The notes beneath the pieces were generated by a model. It searched no databases. It was not told where the DNA came from and was given only the letters and a program-made list of their open reading frames with translations. A program made the position numbers and the translations under genes. DNA of 64,000 bases from Eledone cirrhosa. Taxonomy: Eukaryota. Shown here in pieces: positions 1-11,743 of this stretch. Numbering within the stretch: position 1 is the stretch's first letter; each line of letters begins with the position of its first letter. The DNA lies in NCBI GenBank assembly GCA_964016885.1, contig OZ024741.1, positions 21,762,001-21,826,000 of the forward strand. The letters run 5' to 3'.

Positions 1-3000
1 TTCCAATCCCACCGAGAGAATGTCTCCTAGTATTAGTTCTGGTTCTCTGCTTTCTCAGTTCCAATCCCACCGAAAGATTGTCTCCTAGTATTAGTTCTGG
101 TTCTCTGCTCTCTCAGTTCCAATCCCACCGAGAGATTGTCTCCTGGTATTAGTTCTGGTTCTCTGCTCTCTCAGTTCCAATCCCACCGAGAGAATGTCTC
201 CTAGTATTAGTTCTGGTTCTCTGCTTTCTCAGTTCCAATCCCACCGAGAGAATGTCTCCTAGTATTAGTTCTGGTTCTCTGCTTTCTCAGTTCCAATCCC
301 ACCGAGATATTGTCTCCTAGTATTAGTTCTGGTTCTCTGCTTTCTCAGTCCCAATCCCACCGAGAGAATGTCTCCTAGTATTAGTTCTGGTTCTCTGCTT
401 TCTCAGTTCCAATCCCACCGAGATATTGTCTCCTAGTATTAGTTCTGGTTCTCTGCTTTCTCAGTTCCAATCCCACCGAGATATTGTCTCCTAGTATTAG
501 TTCTGGTTCTCTGCTTTCTCAGTTCCAATCCCACCGAAAGATTGTCTCCTAGTATTAGTTCTGGTTCTCTGCTCTCTCAGTTCCAATCCCACTGAGAGAT
601 TGTCTCCTAATATTAGTTCTGGTTCGCTGCTTTCTCAGTTCCAATCCCACCGAGAGATTGTCTCCTAGTATTAGTTCTGGTACTCTGCTTTCTCAGTTCC
701 AATCCCACCGAGAGATTGTCTCCTCGTATTAATTCTGGTTCTTTGCTTTCTCAGTTCCAATCCCACCGAGAGATTGTCTCCTATTATTAGTTCTGGTTCT
801 CTGCTTTCTCAGTTCAAATTCCACCGAGAGAATGTCTTCTAGTATTAGTTCTGGTTCTCTGCTTTCCCCGTTCAAATCCCACCGAGAGATTGTCTCCTGG
901 TATTAGTTCTGGTTCTCTGCTTTCTCAATTCAAATCCCACCGAGAGATTGTCTCCTAGTATTAGTTCTGGTTCTCTGCTTTCTCAGTTCCAATCCCACCG
1001 AGAGATTGTCTCCTAGTATTAATTCTGGTTCTTTGCTTTCTCAGTTCCAATCCCACCGACAGATTGTCTCCTAGTATTAGTTCTGGTTCTCTGCTTTCTC
1101 AGTTCCAATCCCACCGAGAGAATGTCTCCTAGTATTAGTTCTGGTTCTCTGCTTTCTCAGTTCCAATCCCACCGAGAGATTGTCTCCTAGTATTAATTCT
1201 GGTTCTTTGCTTTCTCAGTTCCAATCCCACCGAGAGATTGTCTCCTAGCATTAGTTCTGGTTCTCTGCTTTCTCAGTTTCAATCCCACCGAGAGATTGTC
1301 TCCTAGTATTAGTTCTGGTTCTCTGCTTTCTCAGTTCCAATCCCACCGAGAGATTGTCTCCTAGTATTAGTTCTGGTTCTCTGCTCTCTCAATTCCAATC
1401 CCACTGAGAGAATGTCTCCTAGTATTAGTTCTGGTTCTCTGCTTTCTCAGTTCCAATCCCACCGAGAGAGTGTCTTCTAGTATTAGTTCTGGTTCTCTGC
1501 TTTCTCAGTTCAAATCCCACCGAGAGAATGTCTTCTAGTATTAGTTCTGGTTCTCTGCTTTCTCAGTTCAAATCCCACCGAGAGATTGTCTCCTGATATT
1601 AGTTCTGGTACTCTGCTTTCTCAGTTCCAATCCCACCAAGAGAATGTCTCCTAGTATTAGTTCTTGTTCTCTGCTCTGTCAGTTCAAATGCCACCGAGAG
1701 TATGTCTCCTAGTATTAGTTCTGGTACTCTGCTTTCTCAGTTCCAATCCCACCGAGAGAGTGTCTTCTAGTATTAGTTCTGGTTCTCTGCTTTCTCAGTT
1801 CCAATCCCACCGAGAGAATGTCTCCTAATATTAGTTCTGGTTCTCTGCTTTCTCAGTTCCAATCCCACCGAGAAATTGTCTCCTAGTATTAGTTCTGGTT
1901 CTCTGCTTTCTCAGTTCCAATCCCACCGAGAGATTGTCTCCTCGTATTAGTTCTGGTTCTCTGCTTTCTCAGTTCCAATCCCACCGAGAGATTGTCTCCT
2001 AGTATTAGTTCTGGTTCTCTGCTCTCTCAGTTCCAATCCCACCGAGAGAATGTCTCCTAGTATTAGTTCTGGTTCTCTGCTTTTTCAGTTCCAATCCCAC
2101 CGAGAGATTGTCTGCTAGTATTAGTTCTGGTTCTCTGCTCTCTCAGATCCAATCCCACAGAGAGATTGTCTCCTGGTATTAGTTCGGGTTCTCTGCTCTC
2201 TCAGTTCCAATCCCACCGAGAGAATGTCTCCTAGTATTAGTTCTGGTTCTCTGCTTTCTCAGTTCCAATCCCACCGAAAGATTGTCTCCTAGTATTAGTT
2301 CTGGTTCTCTGCTCTCTCAGTTCCAATCCCACCGAGAGATTGTCTCCTGGTATTAGTTCTGGTTCTCTGCTCTCTCAGTTCCAATCCCACCGAGAGAATG
2401 TCTCCTAGTATTAGTTCTGGTTCTCTGCTTTCTCAGTTCCAATCCCACCGAGATATTGTCTCCTAGTATTAGTTCTGGTTCTCTGCTTTCTCAGTCCCAA
2501 TCCCACCGAGAGAATGTCTCCTAGTATTAGTTCTGGTTCTCTGCTTTCTCAGTTCCAATCCCACCAAGATATTGTCTCCTAGTATTAGTTCTGGTTCTCT
2601 GTTTTCTCAGTTCCAATCCCACCGAGAGATTGTCTCCTCGTATTAGTTCTGGTTCTCTGCTTTCTCAGTTCCAATCCCACCGAGAGATTGTCTCCTAGTA
2701 TTAATTCTGGTTCTTTGCTTTCTCAGTTCCAATCCCACCGAGAGAATGTCTCCTAGTATTAGTTCTTGTTCTCTGCTTTCTCAGTTCCAATCCCACCGAG
2801 AGAGTGTCTTCTAGTATTAGTTCTGGTTCTCTGCTTTCTCAGTCCCAATCCCACCGAGAGAATGTCTCCTAGTATTAGTTCTGGTTCTCTGCTTTCTCAG
2901 TTCCAATCCCACCGAGAGATTGTCTCCTAGTATTAGTTCTGGTTCTCTGCTCTCTCAGATCCAATCCCACCGAGAGATTGTCTCCTGGTATTAGTTCGGG

Positions 3001-4203
3001 TTCTCTGCTCTCTCAGTTCCAATCCCACCGAGAGAATGTCTCCTAGTATTAGTTCTGGTTTTCTGCTTTCTCAGTTCCAATCCCACCGAAAGATTGTCTC
3101 CTAGTATTAGTTCTGGTTCTCTGCTCTCTCAGTTCCAATCCTACCGAGAGATTTCTCCTGGTATTAGTTCTGGTTCTCTGCTCTCTCAGTTCCAATCCCA
3201 CCGAGAGAATGTCTCCTAGTATTAGTTCTGGTTCTCTGCTTTCTCAGTTCCAATCCCACCGAGAGAATGTCTCCTAGTATTAGTTCTGGTTCTCTGCTTT
3301 CTCAGTTCCAATCCCACCGAGATATTGTCTCCTAGTATTAGTTCTGGTTCTCTGCTTTCTCAGTCCCAATCCCACCGAGAGAATGTCTCCTAGTATTAGT
3401 TCTGGTTCTCTGCTTTCTCAGTTCCAATCCCACCGAGATATTGTCTCCTAGTATTAGTTCTGGTTCTCTGCTTTCTCAGTTCCAATCCCACCGAGATATT
3501 GTCTCCTAGTATTAGTTCTGGTTCTCTGCTTTCTCAGTTCCAATCCCACCGAAAGATTGTCTCCTAGTATTAGTTCTGGTTCTCTGCTCTCTCAGTTCCA
3601 ATCCCACTGAGAGATTGTCTCCTAATATTAGTTCTGGTTCTCTGCTTTCTCAGTTCCAATCCCACCGAGAGATTGTCTCCTAGTATTAGTTCTGGTACTC
3701 TGCTTTCTCAGTTCCAATCCCACCGAGAGATTGTCTCCTCGTATTAATTCTGGTTCTTTGCTTTCTTAGTTCCAATCCCACCGAGAGATTGTCTCCTATT
3801 ATTAGTTCTGGTTCTCTGCTTTCTCAGTTCCAATCCCACCGAGAGATTGTCTCCTAGTATTAGTTCTGGTTCTCTGCTCTCTCAATTCCAATCCCACCGA
3901 GAGAATGTCTCCTAGTATTAGTTCTGGTTCTCTGCTTTCTCAGTTCCAATCCCACCGAGAGAATGTCTCCTAGTATTAGTTCCGGTTCTCTGCTCTCTCA
4001 TTTCCAATCCCACCGAGAGAATGTCTCCTAGTATTAGTTCTGGTTCTCTGCTTTCTCAGTTCCAATCCCACCAAGAGAATGTCTCCTAGTATTAGTTCTG
4101 GTTCTCTGCTTTCTCAGTTCAAATTCCACCGAGAGAATGTCTTCTAGTATTAGTTCTGGTTCTCTGCTTTCCCCGTTCAAATCCCACCGAGAGATTGTCT
4201 CCT
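1..4203. repeat. Duplicated block A, copy 1 (copy 2 at about 7540-11743; offset 130 monomers)
   Basis: Rare variants recur at offset 7539/7540: CCTGAT 1592/9131, ATCCCACAG 2152/9691, TACCG 3142/10681, TCCGG 3981/11521. Confidence 0.93.
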
Positions 4204-7200
4204 AGTATTAGTTCTGGTACTCTGCTTTCTCAGTTCCAATCCCACCGAGAGATTGTCTCCTCGTATTAATTCTGGTTCTTTGCTTTCTCAGTTCCAATCC
4301 CAACGAGAGATTGTCTCATATTATTAGTTCTGGTTCTCTGCTTTCTCAGTTCCAATCCCACCGAGAGATTGTCTCCTAGTATTAGTTCTGGTTCTCTGCT
4401 CTCTCAATTCCAATCCCACCGAGAGAATGTCTCCTAGTATTAGTTCTGGTTCTCTGCTTTCTCAGTTCCAATCCCACCGAGAGAATGTCTCCTAGTATTA
4501 GTTCCGGTTCTCTGCTCTCTCATTTCCAATCCCACCGAGAGAATGTCTCCTAGTATTAGTTCTGGTTCTCTGCTTTCTCAGTTCCAATCCCACCGAGAGA
4601 ATGTCTCCTAATATTAGTTCTGGTTCTCTGCTTTCTCAGTTCCAATCCCACCGAGAGATTGTCTCCTAGTATTAGTTCTGGTTCTCTGCTTTCTCAGTTC
4701 CAATCCCACCGAGAGATTGTCTCCTCGTATTAGTTCTGGTTCTCTGCTCTCTTAGTTCCAATCCCACCGAGAGAATGTCTCCTAGTATTAGTTCTGGTTC
4801 TCTGCTTTCTCAGTTCCAATCCCACCGAGAGATTGTCTCCTCGTATTAGTTCTGGTTCTCTGCTTTCTCACTTCCAATCCCACCGAGAGATTGTCTCCTA
4901 GTATTAGTTCTGGTTCTCTGCTCTCTCAGATCCAATCCCACCGAGAGATTGTCTCCTGGTATTAGTTCGGGTTCTCTGCTCTCTCAGTTCCAATCCCACC
5001 GAGAGAATGTCTCCTAGTATTAGTTCTGGTTCTCTGCTTTCTCAGTTCCAATCCCACCGAAAGATTGTCTCCTAGTATTAGTTCTGGTTCTCTGCTCTCT
5101 CAGTTCCAATCCCACCGAGAGATTGTCTCCTGGTATTAGTTCTGGTTCTCTGCTCTCTCAGTTCCAATCCCACCGAGAGAATGTCTCCTAGTATTAGTTC
5201 TGGTTCTCTGCTTTCTCAGTTCCAATCCCACCGAGAGAATGTCTCCTAGTATTAGTTCTGGTTCTCTGCTTTCTCAGTTCCAATCCCACCGAGATATTGT
5301 CTCCTAGTATTAGTTCTGGTTCTCTGCTTTCTCAGTCCCAATCCCACCGAGAGAATGTCTCCTAGTATTAGTTCAGGTTCTCTGCTTTCTCAGTTCCAAT
5401 CCCACCGAGATATTGTCTCCTAGTATTAGTTCTGGTTCTCTGCTTTCTCAGTTCCAATCCCACCGAGATATTGTCTCCTAGTATTAGTTCTGGTTCTCTG
5501 CTTTCTCAGTTCCAATCCCACCGAAAGATTGTCTCCTAGTATTAGTTCTGGTTCTCTGCTCTCTCAGTTCCAATCCCACCGAGAGATTGTCTCCTAATAT
5601 TAGTTCTGGTTCTCTGCTTTCTCAGTTCCAATCCCACCGAGAGATTGTCTCCTAGTATTAGTTCTGGTACTCTGCTTTCTCAGTTCCAATCCCACCGAGA
5701 GATTGTCTCCTCGTATTAATTCTGGTTCTTTGCTTTCTCAATTCCAATCCCACCGAGAGATTGTCTCCTAGTATTAGTTCTGGTTCTCTGCTCTCTCATT
5801 TCCAATCCCACCGAGAGAATGTCTCCTAGTATTAGTTCTGGTTCTCTGCTTTCTCAATTCAAATCCCACCGAGAGATTGTCTCCTAGTATTAGTTCTGGT
5901 TCTCTGCTTTCTCAGTTCCAATCCCACCGAGAGATTGTCTCCTAGTATTAATTCTGGTTCTTTGCTTTCTCAGTTCCAATCCCACCGAGAGATTGTCTCC
6001 TAGTATTAGTTCTGGTTCTCTGCTTTCTCAGTTCCAATCCCACCGAGAGAATGTCTCCTAGTATTAGTTCTGGTTCTCTGCTTTCTCAGTTCCAATCCCA
6101 CCGAGAGATTGTCTCCTAGTATTAATTCTGGTTCTTTGCTTTCTCAGTTCCAATCCCACCGAGAGATTGTCTCCTAGCATTAGTTCTGGTTCTCTGCTTT
6201 CTCAGTTCCAATCCCACCGAGAGATTGTCTCCTAGTATTAGTTCTGGTTCTCTGCTTTCTCAGTTCCAATCCCACCGAGAGATTGTCTCCTAGTATTAGT
6301 TCTGGTTCTCTGCTCTCTCAATTCCAATCCCACTGAGAGAATGTCTCCTAGTATTAGTTCTGGTTCTCTGCTTTCTCAGTTCCAATCCCACCGAGAGAGT
6401 GTCTTCTAGTATTAGTTCTGGTTCTCTGCTTTCTCAGTTCAAATCCCACCGAGAGAATGTCTTCTAGTATTAGTTCTGGTTCTCTGCTTTCTCAGTTCAA
6501 ATCCCACCGAGAGATTGTCTCCTGGTATTAGTTCTGGTACTCTGCTTTCTCAGTTCCAATCCCACCAAGAGAATGTCTCCTAGTATTAGTTCTTGTTCTC
6601 TGCTCTGTCAGTTCAAATGCCACCGAGAGTATGTCTCCTAGTATTAGTTCTGGTACTCTGCTTTCTCAGTTCCAATCCCACCGAGAGAGTGTCTTCTAGT
6701 ATTAGTTCTGGTTCTCTGCTTTCTCAGTTCCAATCCCACCGAGAGAATGTCTCCTAATATTAGTTCTGGTTCTCTGCTTTCTCAGTTCCAATCCCACCGA
6801 GAGATTGTCTCCTAGTATTAGTTCTGGTTCTCTGCTTTCTCAGTTCCAATCCCACCGAGAGATTGTCTCCTCGTATTAGTTCTGGTTCTCTGCTTTCTCA
6901 GTTCCAATCCCACCGAGAGATTGTCTCCTAGTATTAGTTCTGGTTCTCTGCTCTCTCAGTTCCAATCCCACCGAGTGAATGTCTCCTAGTATTAGTTCTG
7001 GTTCTCTGCTTTCTCAGTTCCAATCCCACCAAGATATTGTCTCCTAGTATTAGTTCTGGTTCTCTGTTTTCTCAGTTCCAATCCCACCGAGAGATTGTCT
7101 CCTCGTATTAGTTCTGGTTCTCTGCTTTCTCAGTTCCAATCCCACCGAGAGATTGTCTCCTAGTATTAATTCTGGTTCTTTGCTTTCTCAGTTCCAATCC

Positions 7201-7539
7201 CACCGAGAGAATGTCTCCTAGTATTAGTTCTTGTTCTCTGCTTTCTCAGTTCCAATCCCACCGAGAGAGTGTCTTCTAGTATTAGTTCTGGTTCTCTGCT
7301 TTCTCAGTTCCAATCCCACCGAGAGAATGTCTCCTAATATTAGTTCTGGTTCTCTGCTTTCTCAGTTCCAATCCCACCGAGAGATTGTCTCCTAGTATTA
7401 GTTCTGGTTCTCTGCTTTCTCAGTTCCAATCCCACCGAGAGATTGTCTCCTAGTATTAGTTCTGGTTCTCTGCTCTCTCAGATCCAATCCCACCGAGAGA
7501 TTGTCTCCTGGTATTAGTTCGGGTTCTCTGCTCTCTCAG

Positions 7540-10500
7540 TTCCAATCCCACCGAGAGAATGTCTCCTAGTATTAGTTCTGGTTCTCTGCTTTCTCAGTTC
7601 CAATCCCACCGAAAGATTGTCTCCTAGTATTAGTTCTGGTTCTCTGCTCTCTCAGTTCCAATCCCACCGAGAGATTGTCTCCTGGTATTAGTTCTGGTTC
7701 TCTGCTCTCTCAGTTCCAATCCCACCGAGAGAATGTCTCCTAGTATTAGTTCTGGTTCTCTGCTTTCTCAGTTCCAATCCCACCGAGAGAATGTCTCCTA
7801 GTATTAGTTCTGGTTCTCTGCTTTCTCAGTTCCAATCCCACCGAGATATTGTCTCCTAGTATTAGTTCTGGTTCTCTGCTTTCTCAGTCCCAATCCCACC
7901 GAGAGAATGTCTCCTAGTATTAGTTCTGGTTCTCTGCTTTCTCAGTTCCAATCCCACCGAGATATTGTCTCCTAGTATTAGTTCTGGTTCTCTGCTTTCT
8001 CAGTTCCAATCCCACCGAGATATTGTCTCCTAGTATTAGTTCTGGTTCTCTGCTTTCTCAGTTCCAATCCCACCGAAAGATTGTCTCCTAGTATTAGTTC
8101 TGGTTCTCTGCTCTCTCAGTTCCAATCCCACTGAGAGATTGTCTCCTAATATTAGTTCTGGTTCTCTGCTTTCTCAGTTCCAATCCCACCGAGAGATTGT
8201 CTCCTAGTATTAGTTCTGGTACTCTGCTTTCTCAGTTCCAATCCCACCGAGAGATTGTCTCCTCGTATTAATTCTGGTTCTTTGCTTTCTCAGTTCCAAT
8301 CCCACCGAGAGATTGTCTCCTATTATTAGTTCTGGTTCTCTGCTTTCTCAGTTCAAATTCCACCGAGAGAATGTCTTCTAGTATTAGTTCTGGTTCTCTG
8401 CTTTCCCCGTTCAAATCCCACCGAGAGATTGTCTCCTGGTATTAGTTCTGGTTCTCTGCTTTCTCAATTCAAATCCCACCGAGAGATTGTCTCCTAGTAT
8501 TAGTTCTGGTTCTCTGCTTTCTCAGTTCCAATCCCACCGAGAGATTGTCTCCTAGTATTAATTCTGGTTCTTTGCTTTCTCAGTTCCAATCCCACCGAGA
8601 GATTGTCTCCTAGTATTAGTTCTGGTTCTCTGCTTTCTCAGTTCCAATCCCACCGAGAGAATGTCTCCTAGTATTAGTTCTGGTTCTCTGCTTTCTCAGT
8701 TCCAATCCCACCGAGAGATTGTCTCCTAGTATTAATTCTGGTTCTTTGCTTTCTCAGTTCCAATCCCACCGAGAGATTGTCTCCTAGCATTAGTTCTGGT
8801 TCTCTGCTTTCTCAGTTTCAATCCCACCGAGAGATTGTCTCCTAGTATTAGTTCTGGTTCTCTGCTTTCTCAGTTCCAATCCCACCGAGAGATTGTCTCC
8901 TAGTATTAGTTCTGGTTCTCTGCTCTCTCAATTCCAATCCCACTGAGAGAATGTCTCCTAGTATTAGTTCTGGTTCTCTGCTTTCTCAGTTCCAATCCCA
9001 CCGAGAGAGTGTCTTCTAGTATTAGTTCTGGTTCTCTGCTTTCTCAGTTCAAATCCCACCGAGAGAATGTCTTCTAGTATTAGTTCTGGTTCTCTGCTTT
9101 CTCAGTTCAAATCCCACCGAGAGATTGTCTCCTGATATTAGTTCTGGTACTCTGCTTTCTCAGTTCCAATCCCACCAAGAGAATGTCTCCTAGTATTAGT
9201 TCTTGTTCTCTGCTCTGTCAGTTCAAATGCCACCGAGAGTATGTCTCCTAGTATTAGTTCTGGTACTCTGCTTTCTCAGTTCCAATCCCACCGAGAGAGT
9301 GTCTTCTAGTATTAGTTCTGGTTCTCTGCTTTCTCAGTTCCAATCCCACCGAGAGAATGTCTCCTAATATTAGTTCTGGTTCTCTGCTTTCTCAGTTCCA
9401 ATCCCACCGAGAGATTGTCTCCTAGTATTAGTTCTGGTTCTCTGCTTTCTCAGTTCCAATCCCACCGAGAGATTGTCTCCTCGTATTAGTTCTGGTTCTC
9501 TGCTTTCTCAGTTCCAATCCCACCGAGAGATTGTCTCCTAGTATTAGTTCTGGTTCTCTGCTCTCTCAGTTCCAATCCCACCGAGAGAATGTCTCCTAGT
9601 ATTAGTTCTGGTTCTCTGCTTTTTCAGTTCCAATCCCACCGAGAGATTGTCTGCTAGTATTAGTTCTGGTTCTCTGCTCTCTCAGATCCAATCCCACAGA
9701 GAGATTGTCTCCTGGTATTAGTTCGGGTTCTCTGCTCTCTCAGTTCCAATCCCACCGAGAGAATGTCTCCTAGTATTAGTTCTGGTTCTCTGCTTTCTCA
9801 GTTCCAATCCCACCGAAAGATTGTCTCCTAGTATTAGTTCTGGTTCTCTGCTCTCTCAGTTCCAATCCCACCGAGAGATTGTCTCCTGGTATTAGTTCTG
9901 GTTCTCTGCTCTCTCAGTTCCAATCCCACCGAGAGAATGTCTCCTAGTATTAGTTCTGGTTCTCTGCTTTCTCAGTTCCAATCCCACCGAGATATTGTCT
10001 CCTAGTATTAGTTCTGGTTCTCTGCTTTCTCAGTCCCAATCCCACCGAGAGAATGTCTCCTAGTATTAGTTCTGGTTCTCTGCTTTCTCAGTTCCAATCC
10101 CACCAAGATATTGTCTCCTAGTATTAGTTCTGGTTCTCTGTTTTCTCAGTTCCAATCCCACCGAGAGATTGTCTCCTCGTATTAGTTCTGGTTCTCTGCT
10201 TTCTCAGTTCCAATCCCACCGAGAGATTGTCTCCTAGTATTAATTCTGGTTCTTTGCTTTCTCAGTTCCAATCCCACCGAGAGAATGTCTCCTAGTATTA
10301 GTTCTTGTTCTCTGCTTTCTCAGTTCCAATCCCACCGAGAGAGTGTCTTCTAGTATTAGTTCTGGTTCTCTGCTTTCTCAGTCCCAATCCCACCGAGAGA
10401 ATCTCTCCTAGTATTAGTTCTGGTTCTCTGCTTTCTCAGTTCCAATCCCACCGAGAGATTGTCTCCTAGTATTAGTTCTGGTTCTCTGCTCTCTCAGATC

Positions 10501-11743
10501 CAATCCCACCGAGAGATTGTCTCCTGGTATTAGTTCGGGTTCTCTGCTCTCTCAGTTCCAATCCCACCGAGAGAATGTCTCCTAGTATTAGTTCTGGTTT
10601 TCTGCTTTCTCAGTTCCAATCCCACCGAAAGATTGTCTCCTAGTATTAGTTCTGGTTCTCTGCTCTCTCAGTTCCAATCCTACCGAGAGATTGTCTCCTG
10701 GTATTAGTTCTGGTTCTCTGCTCTCTCAGTTCCAATCCCACCGAGAGAATGTCTCCTAGTATTAGTTCTGGTTCTCTGCTTTCTCAGTTCCAATCCCACC
10801 GAGAGAATGTCTCCTAGTATTAGTTCTGGTTCTCTGCTTTCTCAGTTCCAATCCCACCGAGATATTGTCTCCTAGTATTAGTTCTGGTTCTCTGCTTTCT
10901 CAGTCCCAATCCCACCGAGAGAATGTCTCCTAGTATTAGTTCTGGTTCTCTGCTTTCTCAGTTCCAATCCCACCGAGATATTGTCTCCTAGTATTAGTTC
11001 TGGTTCTCTGCTTTCTCAGTTCCAATCCCACCGAGATATTGTCTCCTAGTATTAGTTCTGGTTCTCTGCTTTCTCAGTTCCAATCCCACCGAAAGATTGT
11101 CTCCTAGTATTAGTTCTGGTTCTCTGCTCTCTCAGTTCCAATCCCACTGAGAGATTGTCTCCTAATATTAGTTCTGGTTCTCTGCTTTCTCAGTTCCAAT
11201 CCCACCGAGAGATTGTCTCCTAGTATTAGTTCTGGTACTCTGCTTTCTCAGTTCCAATCCCACCGAGAGATTGTCTCCTCGTATTAATTCTGGTTCTTTG
11301 CTTTCTCAGTTCCAATCCCACCGAGAGATTGTCTCCTATTATTAGTTCTGGTTCTCTGCTTTCTCAGTTCCAATCCCACCGAGAGATTGTCTCCTAGTAT
11401 TAGTTCTGGTTCTCTGCTCTCTCAATTCCAATCCCACCGAGAGAATGTCTCCTAGTATTAGTTCTGGTTCTCTGCTTTCTCAGTTCCAATCCCACCGAGA
11501 GAATGTCTCCTAGTATTAGTTCCGGTTCTCTGCTCTCTCATTTCCAATCCCACCGAGAGAATGTCTCCTAGTATTAGTTCTGGTTCTCTGCTTTCTCAGT
11601 TCCAATCCCACCAAGAGAATGTCTCCTAGTATTAGTTCTGGTTCTCTGCTTTCTCAGTTCAAATTCCACCGAGAGAATGTCTTCTAGTATTAGTTCTGGT
11701 TCTCTGCTTTCCCCGTTCAAATCCCACCGAGAGATTGTCTCCT
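7540..11743. repeat. Duplicated block A, copy 2
   Basis: Same variant order as 1-4203 with about 6 differences seen. The match ends at 11744 (CCTGG) versus 4204 (CCTAG). Confidence 0.93.

Noticed and set aside
3-7. CCAAT box in most monomers
   Set aside because: It is a 5-bp match with no promoter context and is frequently mutated to CAAAT, so it cannot be supported as regulatory.
1-13. Telomere-like or G-quadruplex motif (minus strand GGTGGGATTGG)
   Set aside because: There are only three short G runs, separated from the next set by over 40 nt apart from one GG, and no tandem TTAGGG or TTTAGGG.
1-116. Tandem tRNA, 5S or other structured RNA gene array
   Set aside because: The unit is too short and lacks a paired T-stem, acceptor stem and anticodon arm. 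Only a B-box-like motif remains, which is reported as a speculative finding.
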